Below, one piece after another: positions 29,156 to 38,421 of a stretch of DNA of 64,000 nt. The translations under genes and the position numbers were made by a program. The DNA is taken from contig OY760937.1 of the NCBI GenBank assembly GCA_963664225.1, positions 1,120,001 through 1,184,000 on the forward strand, read 5' to 3'. Origin of the DNA: Verrucomicrobiia bacterium (GTDB lineage: Bacteria > Verrucomicrobiota > Verrucomicrobiia > Limisphaerales > UBA1319). The notes beneath the pieces are model-generated. The model was not told where the DNA came from. It searched no databases and saw nothing but the letters and a program-made list of their open reading frames with translations. Each line of letters begins with the position of its first letter. Position 1 is the stretch's first letter.

Positions 29156-29497
29156 TTATTTCTCTTTCTTTTCCTTCTCTTCCTGCGCCGGGGTTTCCTG
29201 TTCGACCGAGATAACATCGCCAGTGATGGCGTCCACTGCAACTTCGGTTGTGTTCTTTGAATCTGGTACTGAGATGTCGAATGACCAGATCAATTTGCCT
29301 TTCTCCTCTTCAAGTTCGCCCGACTGGAGCGTGCCGCCAGGCGCCTTGGTGAGGGCGATTTGTTGAGCTTGGTCCCGGGAGATTTTGGCCTTGGATTGCA
29401 ATTCAGCCGATGTTTTTTCGGTGGCGCAACCGCCGGACAATCCAAGAATAGCGGCCAGGAGCAAGGAGCTTTGTACGCTTAGGATCGTTTTTTTCAT
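29156..29497 (-). CDS. PepSY-domain lipoprotein
   Basis: Lipobox-like LSGGC and ISRDQAQQIAL...ELEEE....W...EVAVDAITGDVI. Confidence 0.88.
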   Translation of the reverse strand: MKKTILSVQSSLLLAAILGLSGGCATEKTSAELQSKAKISRDQAQQIALTKAPGGTLQSGELEEEKGKLIWSFDISVPDSKNTTEVAVDAITGDVISVEQETPAQEEKEKKEK

Positions 29498-30963
29498 GGT
29501 TTTACATTAGTGTTTTTGGTTTCCGTTATTACTGAAGTTCGCATTGGTGGAGTGTTTGCACTCGGTTGTCCTATTGGCCCGATTACGGCCATGGAAAGTT
29601 CGCCCTGGTGGTTCATGGCTGCTTCCAAACGACAGCCCATCGCAGACGTCAATGCCCGCACCAGGGATAAACCCAGGCCCGAATGGCCCCGGTTTGAGCG
29701 AGCCGCGTCTTTACGCCAGAACCGCTCGCCGAGGTGGGGTAAATCCGCGATTTGGAGATGTTCGACTGGGTTGATGACCGTCAGGGTGAATTGGCCTGCC
29801 TTCGCCTCGCAATGAGCGCGAACTGTGGCGCCTGATGGCGAATATTCGATGGAGTTTTCCAAAAGGTTGCTCAAAATCATGCGCCATAGGATGGGATCGC
29901 TTTGGATGACGAACGTCGCTGACTCGTTTGCTTTGAACGCAATACCGCGGGCTGACGCCCGGGTTTCCAGCGATTGGTAGATTGTGACAATCAAATCGGA
30001 GAGGCAGATGGGTTCGAACGAGACCGGGACCGGCCCGCGCTCACTGCGGGCGATGGCGAGCAACCGGGTGAGGATGCCTTCCATTTGGATTGTGACCGCG
30101 AGGATATGGCGGTCAAAATCGGCATCGCGGGTGTCCGGCCACCTCACAGCGAGTTCCGCCAGACTCCGGATTTCGGCGAGTGGCGTGCGCATTTCGTGTG
30201 CCAGATCGGCGCTGAATTGGCGTTCGCGTTCGAACGCCGTCTGCAATCGTTCCAGCAGGTCGTTGAGGCATGTGGTGATGGGGATTAATTCTCCGGGCAA
30301 CCCTTCGTTTGAAAACCGGGTGGAAAGCGAATGGGCATCGATGCGCATTGTCTCTTCCGTCAGGAAGTGCAGTGGCGCCAATTCGCGCCGCAATAAGAGC
30401 GGCAAGGTTGCCGCAGAGAGTGCCAGCATCAGCAGTCCGCAGCCTCCCAAAACCAATGCCAGGATTTTCAAGGTGTTGTCCAATTCACGACGGTTGACGG
30501 CCATGACAAGGATGGCCTCGAACGGATCGATTATTTTGCGATTTTCATCAGCAGGCTGCGGTTGATATTTGAAACCAACAGCGCGAGCCATGGCGCCATT
30601 GGGCAAAGGCAGATCCCAGCAATCGGGTTTGGGCAGGGTGCCGTATCGCAATGGCAGGCTGTCTCCATGGAGGGATTTCGACCGGCGCAACACAGTGCCA
30701 TCGGTCCGCCAGATTTGAAATAGAGTCGTGCTTCCCTGTGCATCGAACTCCCTCATGAACTGGACAGGAAGTTCGAGCTCGATGTTGCCTTCTGTCTGTT
30801 CGAACAGCGCCGAGAGAGCCATGGCTTTGGCTTGAATGGCATCGTCGAATTGCCGGGTCAGGGCAGTACGGGCCAGTAAGTAAGCGGCGAACAAACCTGC
30901 GCTCAGCAGCAACGTCCAGCCCAGCAGTAAATGCCCGGTCAGACGATGGCGAATGGTGGTCAT
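29494..30963 (-). CDS. Membrane sensor histidine kinase (QseC/CusS-like)
   Basis: Two TMs, HAMP, FSADLAHEMRTPL, NLLENSIEYS and GHSGLGLS. Confidence 0.93.
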   Translation of the reverse strand: MTTIRHRLTGHLLLGWTLLLSAGLFAAYLLARTALTRQFDDAIQAKAMALSALFEQTEGNIELELPVQFMREFDAQGSTTLFQIWRTDGTVLRRSKSLHGDSLPLRYGTLPKPDCWDLPLPNGAMARAVGFKYQPQPADENRKIIDPFEAILVMAVNRRELDNTLKILALVLGGCGLLMLALSAATLPLLLRRELAPLHFLTEETMRIDAHSLSTRFSNEGLPGELIPITTCLNDLLERLQTAFERERQFSADLAHEMRTPLAEIRSLAELAVRWPDTRDADFDRHILAVTIQMEGILTRLLAIARSERGPVPVSFEPICLSDLIVTIYQSLETRASARGIAFKANESATFVIQSDPILWRMILSNLLENSIEYSPSGATVRAHCEAKAGQFTLTVINPVEHLQIADLPHLGERFWRKDAARSNRGHSGLGLSLVRALTSAMGCRLEAAMNHQGELSMAVIGPIGQPSANTPPMRTSVITETKNTNVKP

Positions 30964-31637
30964 GACCTGGCCACCTCCAGCACATAACCCAGACCTCGCC
31001 GGGTGTGGATGAGCGGGGCGGGATTCGGCTCGCCCAGTTTGTGCCGCAATGAAGATATCACGGATTCTATGACGTTGCTCATCGGTTCGGACTCGTCATC
31101 GTAGAGATGTTGTGCAATTTCGGTTTGGGTTACGACTTCGCCCCGCCGGAATGCGAGATACTCAAGGAGTTGATATTCACGCGGCTTGAGTCTCACAGCC
31201 TGACCTGCGCGCCAGACCCGCTTGCCACTCGTGTCGATCTCCAGATCGGAGATTTTTAGATTTGTTCCTTTATTGCCATACGCGCGTCGGCAAAGCGCTT
31301 CCACGCGGGCGAGCAATTCCTCCAATGCAAAGGGTTTGATCAGGTAATCGTCAGCGCCTGATCGCAGTCCCTGGACGCGATCCTGAATCGAATCACGGGC
31401 GGTTAACAACAATACGTGAGTGAGTTTGCCACATTCCCGTAATCGCTGCAGGACCGACAAACCATCGAGCTTGGGCAGCATGATATCGAGTATGATCACG
31501 TCATAATCGATGGTTTTGGCCCGCCAAAGGCCGTCCTCACCGTCAACCGAGACATCGACCGCATAGCCGGTCCGCCTCAAGGCAGTGCCCAATGTTTGCT
31601 GGAGCAGAAGTGAATCTTCCACCAATAATACGCGCAT
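30960..31637 (-). CDS. OmpR-family response regulator
   Basis: LDIMLPKLDG, GADDYLIKPF and IHTRRGLGY. ATGA overlap with the kinase gene. Confidence 0.95.
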   Translation of the reverse strand: MRVLLVEDSLLLQQTLGTALRRTGYAVDVSVDGEDGLWRAKTIDYDVIILDIMLPKLDGLSVLQRLRECGKLTHVLLLTARDSIQDRVQGLRSGADDYLIKPFALEELLARVEALCRRAYGNKGTNLKISDLEIDTSGKRVWRAGQAVRLKPREYQLLEYLAFRRGEVVTQTEIAQHLYDDESEPMSNVIESVISSLRHKLGEPNPAPLIHTRRGLGYVLEVARS

Positions 31638-32024
31638 AATGACAGACCCAATTCAATCGCATTCTCTGACAAGCGCAACCAGGCGCGATCTGATGGGCGC
31701 GAAACTAACAGAGGTCACCTTATCGCACGCTGAACGCCGGGTCACGCGGAAGAATCATTTGGTTTGCGCAAAATTGAATTCTTCAGCCGTAATGATAACT
31801 CGGCCCAAGCGATGATTGACGCAAAATGCACCTCCAGGGGGCATTGGGTGCTTCAAATTGCATTGCGTTCGCGATACTTTTTGCGTAGATCGTTGAGCCG
31901 GTCCGGATTCAGGTATTTTCGAGCGCCGTGGTCTGGATGGCTCGAGGCCGTCGAAGTCATTGGTGTGGTTTTGAAAGCAGATGAAATAGGTTTCCATTAA
32001 ACTGAAAAATGTAAGGAATTTGCC

Positions 32025-32918
32025 ATAAAGACACGAATCCTCAAACGTTTCATCGCAGCCGCAGGCGTTCTGGCGGTCAGTGCGACGCTAATTCTGCTGG
32101 TGCAGCCTGCCGCTCCGGCCACAAGCGAGTTTGAAACGCTTTCGGAAGTTTCAGTCTTAGAGCTGCCCCATTTGGCTGCGCGCATGGTGGCTGAAGCTCC
32201 AAAGGGCGAACAAGGAGCAGTTGTCCGGGATTTACTGCGAAAAGTGGATACACTTTCAAAGCCTGGTATGATTCCATTTACAGTGAGCGCCATATCCCGC
32301 GTAGCGCCTGACGCCGTCGATGTAACGGTGAGTACAGCGGCGGCACTCCAGCCACAGGATGCCCTGTATATTGCCAAAGCTGCGTTGAATGCGGCCCCCC
32401 AAAAAACGGAGGCGATCATGGAGGCAATTTGCCGACAGGTGCCACAATCCTATCCCTGGGTGGCGGTGATGGCCATCGAGGCGGATTCCGGGGGGCGCGC
32501 ACGAATTCTCAGAGGAATCTCGTCGGCCATTCCTGTTTTGGCACTGCCAATTGAGCAAGCCCAAAGGTATTGTGGTGATCGTCCAATGTCGGAGTTGATG
32601 GAAAAGGTCCACGAGTTGGCGACGGCGGCTTATCAGGAGCAGATCGCACATCTGAAACGCACGGCCATCGAAAATGCCCTCCAAAATTCGGATGCCGTTT
32701 CCGCATCGGGTCATGGCGATGAAGTTGACCAGATACCTGCGTCGATCGATCAGGGCGCCAACATGAACAGTGCCGTTCGCGCACGACTGGCCGCTCTGGA
32801 CCGTGGAGTGACTCGCGAGTTAATGGAAACAGGTTTGATTCCTTCCTGCGCCAGCGAGATGGGTTACTTGATGCCGCGGCCAGACATTCAGCCGGATTCC
32901 GGCGCGAAGGCTCCGTGA
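32025..32918 (+). CDS. Exported alpha-helical hypothetical protein, probable non-canonical ATA start
   Basis: In-frame signal-peptide-like segment KTRILKRFIAAAGVLAVSATLILLVQPAAPA upstream of the ORF-track GTG at 32100. Confidence 0.6.
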   Translation: MKTRILKRFIAAAGVLAVSATLILLVQPAAPATSEFETLSEVSVLELPHLAARMVAEAPKGEQGAVVRDLLRKVDTLSKPGMIPFTVSAISRVAPDAVDVTVSTAAALQPQDALYIAKAALNAAPQKTEAIMEAICRQVPQSYPWVAVMAIEADSGGRARILRGISSAIPVLALPIEQAQRYCGDRPMSELMEKVHELATAAYQEQIAHLKRTAIENALQNSDAVSASGHGDEVDQIPASIDQGANMNSAVRARLAALDRGVTRELMETGLIPSCASEMGYLMPRPDIQPDSGAKAP

Positions 32919-33061
32919 ATTCGGGCGCCAACTTGGATGATGGTGGAAGTTTAAAGTGCGGCAATTTGATCTGAGTGTGTAACACCATGAAGTTTCTAAA
33001 GACAGGGCAATGTTGGATTCCAAATAAAACCGCTCCTATTGGAAAATGGGTGTCTTAGCGC

Positions 33062-35125
33062 ATGCCAACAATTCTAACTATCGAAGACGATGAGATTTTT
33101 CGTCGCGCCATAACAAAATACCTTGTTAAATCGGGCTTTGAAGTCGTGGTTGCTTCGACCGGGCGGGAGGGGATCGTGAAGGCCATGGAGAATAGCCCGG
33201 ACTTGATTGTGTGCGATCTTGCCATGCCGGGGATGGATGGCTTCGAGGTGCTGGCGGCGCTTCGCAAAGAGGATCGTCTTGCATCGATCCCGGTTATTTT
33301 TCTCAGTGGCCGGGCGGAGCCCAGGCAGGTTCGTGAGGGAATGAATTATGGGGCTGACGATTACCTGACAAAACCCCTCGATCTGGCGGATTTGGTGAAG
33401 GCGGTCAAAGCCAGGCTGACGCGGCGGCAATCTGAAAGGGAAAGGCAGGAAAAGCAGATTGAACGTGCGATGCAGCTTTTCTCGGGGATCATCCATGACC
33501 TGCGCGATCCGCTCTTCGCGGTTTTGGGATTTGTTGACAGGCTTAAGGAGGGCACCGCTCCGCCCGTTCAAAAACAGGGCGATTCCGGCCAGGTGATCGA
33601 TCAATTGCACCAAGTGATTGAACGAATGCAGTCCATCGTATCCCAAACGATGTTCCTGATTCGTTCCCGAATGAAACGGCTGCCATTTGATCCCGGCTCG
33701 TTCGATTTGCGTGAATTTTGCGATCGAGTGGTCTCGGACCATGATCAAAGTCAGCGTCTCAGGTTCACTTGCGCCCCGGGCGAATACCCAATCATCGCCG
33801 ATTCTCTTCGCCTTCGGCAGGCATTGGAAAACCTGCTTTCCAATGGGTTGAAGTATTCGGATAAACCTGTCGTGGTTCGACTAAGCACCGCGGTCGGCGG
33901 CTATTTACTGGAAGTCATGGATCAGGGAATTGGAATACCAACCGAGGACCAAGCCAGTATCTTTGAACCTTTTTTCCGCGCCTCCAACGCCGCCTTCAAA
34001 CCAGGCCACGGATTGGGTCTCAGTATTGTTAAGAGCAGCATCGATCAGCATGGTGGGCGAATCAGCATTGCCAGTGATGTCAGCAAGGGGACAACTGTCT
34101 CCATTGAACTGCCAGCAACGCCGCCTGAGGATTTGGTGCAGACTCACATCGAAGACCATTCCGAAGCTGTCCAGAAGCGTGAAGAAGTGCCAAAAATCGC
34201 AGGCGTTGGAGCAGGTGCAAACGTGCTTGTGCCGCAATTCGGCCTGGTGAATAAGAACACGGGCATCCCACTGAGCGGGCGGGGTAAAGATATTGTATCA
34301 TCTTTCCAGCCGGGATTCTCAGGGAGGGGTGGGGATGCCGGGTTTGGTGCATCGTCCGGGGGGCAAATCCCACCAGAAGGCCTCCTTAGGGCCATTATTG
34401 TTGACGATGAACCGTTGGTGCGGAGCGTGCTGCGCGATTTTATTGAAAAGTCGAATGATATCAAAGTGGTCGGCGAAGCTGGAACTGTGGCGCTGGCTCG
34501 TGATTTGACAAACCAACATAATCCCAATGTTGTATTCCTCGACATCAACCTTCCAGACGGCTTGGGGTTCGATTTGCTTTCCAATTTGCGGCCGCAGACT
34601 GCCGTCGTATTTGTCACGAGCACTGAGGAATACGCGATTCATGCGTTTGATTGTGAAGCGACGGATTATCTGCTCAAGCCGGTCAGTCTCGAACGTCTGC
34701 AAAAGGCATTGCTGCGTGTGAGACAAAACTTGCTGGTGGATGGCAAGCCGCTTTCATCTGTCAGTTCCAAGCTGGAGGAAACGTTTTTAGTAAAGACACT
34801 TGAAGAAAAAAGGTTGGTTAAGTTCGGTGATATCAACCGCATAATAGCCTATGGAGAGTATTCCTGGGTTCACTGGGCAAAAGGAAGGAGCGCGATGCTC
34901 AGGAAATCCCTTAAACAATGGCTAATGGAACTTCCGGGCGAGCAGTTTGTTCGTGTGCATCGCCGGGCCATCGTGAATCTTGCATTCATGGAGCGGATTG
35001 AGAAGATTTCTGGAGCACGGATGCAGATATATTTGCGTGACACGGAAGAACCCATTCTCGTGAGCCTTAGGCTGTCTCCCGGGCTGAATCGAAAACTGAA
35101 AGCGTTCAAGCCTGAGTCGGAATAA
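33062..35125 (+). CDS. Cytoplasmic hybrid REC-HisKA-HATPase-REC-LytTR protein
   Basis: CDLAMPGMDG; IIHDLRDPL; NLLSNGLKYS, DQGIGI and GHGLGL; VDDEP..LDINLP..YLLKP; FVRVHRRAIVNL. Confidence 0.88.
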   Translation: MPTILTIEDDEIFRRAITKYLVKSGFEVVVASTGREGIVKAMENSPDLIVCDLAMPGMDGFEVLAALRKEDRLASIPVIFLSGRAEPRQVREGMNYGADDYLTKPLDLADLVKAVKARLTRRQSERERQEKQIERAMQLFSGIIHDLRDPLFAVLGFVDRLKEGTAPPVQKQGDSGQVIDQLHQVIERMQSIVSQTMFLIRSRMKRLPFDPGSFDLREFCDRVVSDHDQSQRLRFTCAPGEYPIIADSLRLRQALENLLSNGLKYSDKPVVVRLSTAVGGYLLEVMDQGIGIPTEDQASIFEPFFRASNAAFKPGHGLGLSIVKSSIDQHGGRISIASDVSKGTTVSIELPATPPEDLVQTHIEDHSEAVQKREEVPKIAGVGAGANVLVPQFGLVNKNTGIPLSGRGKDIVSSFQPGFSGRGGDAGFGASSGGQIPPEGLLRAIIVDDEPLVRSVLRDFIEKSNDIKVVGEAGTVALARDLTNQHNPNVVFLDINLPDGLGFDLLSNLRPQTAVVFVTSTEEYAIHAFDCEATDYLLKPVSLERLQKALLRVRQNLLVDGKPLSSVSSKLEETFLVKTLEEKRLVKFGDINRIIAYGEYSWVHWAKGRSAMLRKSLKQWLMELPGEQFVRVHRRAIVNLAFMERIEKISGARMQIYLRDTEEPILVSLRLSPGLNRKLKAFKPESE

Positions 35126-35246
35126 TTTCGAACAAGATGATGAAGCCGGGCCGGACTATGAATATGGAAAATATCCATCCATTTTGAGGGCATCTTCATG
35201 AGATGGGAATTTGGTGTCATCTGTTAATCAACGCGCAATTTTGCTT

Positions 35247-38200
35247 ATGCATGTTTGTCCTGGGCTTGTTTCTCTAATAGCTTGGCTCGCGGTTATTCTG
35301 GCCATGGCGGGGCATCGTCTGGAAGGGGCCAGCACATCAGGGATATTTGGCGGCGGGCCGTTTTATTCCGGAGGCACGCAAGTCATGAACGACCTGCGGG
35401 CCTCGGGTTTCACCACTGTGATCCTGTGGACCATTCATGTGAATGCCAGCACCGGAGATTTGATACTCAACGACCAGAAGGTGGCATCCAACGGCGCTTA
35501 TGTCGGAAATGCCACATGGCCCGGTCAGCTTGCCACATTGAAGCAGGCACCGACATCGGTCAGGCGGATTGAGGTGGGGATTGGATCGTGGGGTGTCAAC
35601 GATTTTCAATCGATCAAGACACTGATGGCCTCTCAAGGAACGAACACCAACAGCATTCTGTTTAGGAATTTTCGCGCGTTGAAAACGGCAACCGGGGCGG
35701 ATGCGATCAACCTGGACGACGAGATGCTCTACGACATTGCGAGCACGGTGAAGTTTTGCCTGATGTGCGCCTCGATGGGATATAAGGTTTCCCTATGTCC
35801 CTACACGAATCCCAATTTTTGGTCCGGTTGCATGACGCAAATCAATAGCCAACTGCCTGGGACTGTGGATGCGGTGTTTCTCCAGTGTTATGCAGGAGGG
35901 GCGGGGAACGATCCTGCATCGTGGAATAGCACCTTTGGTGGTTTTAAGGTGTTTCCCGGAATGTGGTGCCGTCACGGCAGTGCATGCGCGGAAGGCGACA
36001 ATCCGGCTACCGTTGCCAGCAGTATGGCGGCATGGAAGAGAACGGCTGGTGTGAATGGAGGGTTCCTTTGGCTGTATGACGACATGCGATCCTGCACGAG
36101 TGAAGGAACGACGGCCGATTATGCGCGCGCGATTAACTCGGCTTTCCGCCTGCCAGCGCCAAGCGGGTTGGCTGCAATTCCAGGAGGAGGCACGGTGCTA
36201 TTGACTTGGAATCCATCCGTCGGCGCGAATAGCTACAATGTCAAACGCTCGATATATGCCGCTGGTCCTTATGCGGCCATTGCAACAAATGTATTGACCC
36301 CCTGGTTTCTAAATACGGGACTTGGTCTGGGGACGCGCTGGTTTTATGAGGTGAGTGCGGTGGATGCCAATGGCGAAGGCATCAATTCGGTTTCGGTTGG
36401 CGCGTTGACCTGCAATGGACTGTTGCCTGCGGGCTGGTTGGACCTGGATATTGGCAGCGTTGGCCTGACGGGCACCGCCACGTACTGTGGCAACTCCTTC
36501 ACAATCCAGGCAGGAGGCAGCGATATTGGGAATCTGACGGATGGATTTAATTTTGTGAGTGCCTCAGCGTCCGGCAATAGTGCCATCATCTCACGCGTTG
36601 CATTTTTTGAAGAAACAGATCCCGGCGCCAAGGCCGGCGTGATGTTTCGGAATGATGCCTCACGCGGGAGCATGTTTGCGGATATTGTGGTGACTCCGGG
36701 ACAAGGGATACTGATGCAATCCCGGAATATCGCCAACGGTGAGTGTGTTTCGACCACGGTGGCAGGAATCAACACTCCAGTGTGGCTTCAGATGGTGCGG
36801 GATGGCGACACTTTCACTGGTTATTATGCGAGTGATGGCGCTAATTGGACGCAACTTGGGACGGTCAGTATTGCAATGGCCGGTAACGTGATGTCTGGGT
36901 TGGCTGTCACCGCACACAGTATCACCAATTCGGCCCTGGCAATCTTCGATTATGTGAGCACGGGGGCTCCTGCGATTCTGCAACCGTCAAGCCCCGTCAA
37001 TGTGATGCGTTCTGAAGGGGCCAGTTACACCTTTTCCGCAATCGCGAGCGCCGCACTTCCGGTTTATTATTCCTGGACTCAAGACGGAGCGGCTTTGCCC
37101 AATGCCAACCAGGCCTCTCTCACCCTGGTGAATTTGGCGCCGACCAACTCTGGAAATTATTCGATTGTGGTGAGCAATGCTTTTGGGTGCATCACCAACA
37201 GTATTGCAATGCTCACCGTGGTTGCCACAAGCAACAGCCTTTACCCTCGCACGATAGTGGCCGATCACCCGCTAGCTTACTGGCGTTTGAACGAAGTGGG
37301 AGGCAGGGTGGCTTACGACTACGTTGGCGGCAATGACGGCTCGTATTCAAATGTTTGGTGCGGGCAACCTGGTTATACGCCGTCGGACAAATCGGCGAGG
37401 TTCGGATATTTGTCGCGTTCGAACAGTTATGTCACCATCTCGTCGGTGAACTTCGCCACCCCCGCAAATGCGGCGTTTTCGGTGGAGGCATGGGCGAATG
37501 GAATCGCACAGACCAACGACAGCGGCATCCTTGCGAAAGGCACAGGCGCGGGCGGCGAGCAGTTCAACCTTGACTGTGGCAGCGGCAACCACGCCTTTCG
37601 TTTCTTCGTTCGCGATGCCGGAGGTGGCGTGCATCTGGCCAACACGAGTGTTGTGCCAAACGGCAAATGGCATCACCTCGTTGGCGTTTGTGACGAGGTA
37701 CACGGCAGGATCATTATTTATGTGGATGGGATTAGCGCGGGGCAGGGAACGATCACAGCCGGCAGCGGCTTGTTGGCGACTAGCAATCCGATGACGATTG
37801 GGGCGAGGCAATCCGGGGCGAACACCCCGTTCGATTTGCAGTTTAACGGCTACGTCGCCGATGTCGCGGTTTACAACTTTGCGCTCAACGCGGCCCAGGT
37901 GCAGGCGCATTACAGTGTGACTACAAATCGTCCGCCAGTTTTTACCGCAAATCCATTCACCGCGATGGACGCAATCGCCGGTCAGCCTTACAATGGCGGC
38001 ATTGCCAATTTCGCCAGCGATCCCAACGGGGGATTGCTGACATTTTCCAAAACCAGCGGCGCCTCATGGCTGAATATTTCTGCGGATGGAACCTTGTCCG
38101 GCACACCGCTTTCGGTTGATGTCGGCTCCAATGTATTCGGGGTGAACGTAAAGGATCCCACCGGGTTGTCAGCGAGCGCGGTGATGAATCTGAATGTGGC

Positions 38201-38408
38201 AGGCGCTCCGCCAATTACAGTGTCCGTGTCTACGCAGGGGACAAACCTGTTGTTGACCTGGACAGGTGGAATAGCGCCATACGGGGTGGAAATGGCGACC
38301 AACCTGACCAGTCCAACCTGGTGGCACATTGCGACACCGTTTAATGGGCACAGCATCATGCTCGTTTACAGCAATTCGGCTGCGTTTTATCGAGTTGGTG
38401 GACTGTGA
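35247..38408 (+). CDS. Secreted multidomain glycoside hydrolase (GH18-like barrel, FN3, beta-sandwich, Ig, LamG, Ig) with C-terminal FYRV domain
   Basis: Signal peptide; ADAINLDDE (DxxNxDxE) and LQCYAGG; APSGL..LTW..SYNVKRS (FN3); YWRLNE..WHHLVGV (LamG). Start uncertain. Confidence 0.75.
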   Translation: MHVCPGLVSLIAWLAVILAMAGHRLEGASTSGIFGGGPFYSGGTQVMNDLRASGFTTVILWTIHVNASTGDLILNDQKVASNGAYVGNATWPGQLATLKQAPTSVRRIEVGIGSWGVNDFQSIKTLMASQGTNTNSILFRNFRALKTATGADAINLDDEMLYDIASTVKFCLMCASMGYKVSLCPYTNPNFWSGCMTQINSQLPGTVDAVFLQCYAGGAGNDPASWNSTFGGFKVFPGMWCRHGSACAEGDNPATVASSMAAWKRTAGVNGGFLWLYDDMRSCTSEGTTADYARAINSAFRLPAPSGLAAIPGGGTVLLTWNPSVGANSYNVKRSIYAAGPYAAIATNVLTPWFLNTGLGLGTRWFYEVSAVDANGEGINSVSVGALTCNGLLPAGWLDLDIGSVGLTGTATYCGNSFTIQAGGSDIGNLTDGFNFVSASASGNSAIISRVAFFEETDPGAKAGVMFRNDASRGSMFADIVVTPGQGILMQSRNIANGECVSTTVAGINTPVWLQMVRDGDTFTGYYASDGANWTQLGTVSIAMAGNVMSGLAVTAHSITNSALAIFDYVSTGAPAILQPSSPVNVMRSEGASYTFSAIASAALPVYYSWTQDGAALPNANQASLTLVNLAPTNSGNYSIVVSNAFGCITNSIAMLTVVATSNSLYPRTIVADHPLAYWRLNEVGGRVAYDYVGGNDGSYSNVWCGQPGYTPSDKSARFGYLSRSNSYVTISSVNFATPANAAFSVEAWANGIAQTNDSGILAKGTGAGGEQFNLDCGSGNHAFRFFVRDAGGGVHLANTSVVPNGKWHHLVGVCDEVHGRIIIYVDGISAGQGTITAGSGLLATSNPMTIGARQSGANTPFDLQFNGYVADVAVYNFALNAAQVQAHYSVTTNRPPVFTANPFTAMDAIAGQPYNGGIANFASDPNGGLLTFSKTSGASWLNISADGTLSGTPLSVDVGSNVFGVNVKDPTGLSASAVMNLNVAGAPPITVSVSTQGTNLLLTWTGGIAPYGVEMATNLTSPTWWHIATPFNGHSIMLVYSNSAAFYRVGGL

Positions 38409-38421
38409 AAAGCGATTGCGG

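Noticed and set aside
29156..31637. PepSY plus two-component module as a novel system
   Set aside because: This is a common, well-known arrangement.
35126..35246. LytTR direct-repeat site upstream of the GH18-like gene
   Set aside because: Only one partial match (TCTGTTAAT) and no properly spaced second repeat.
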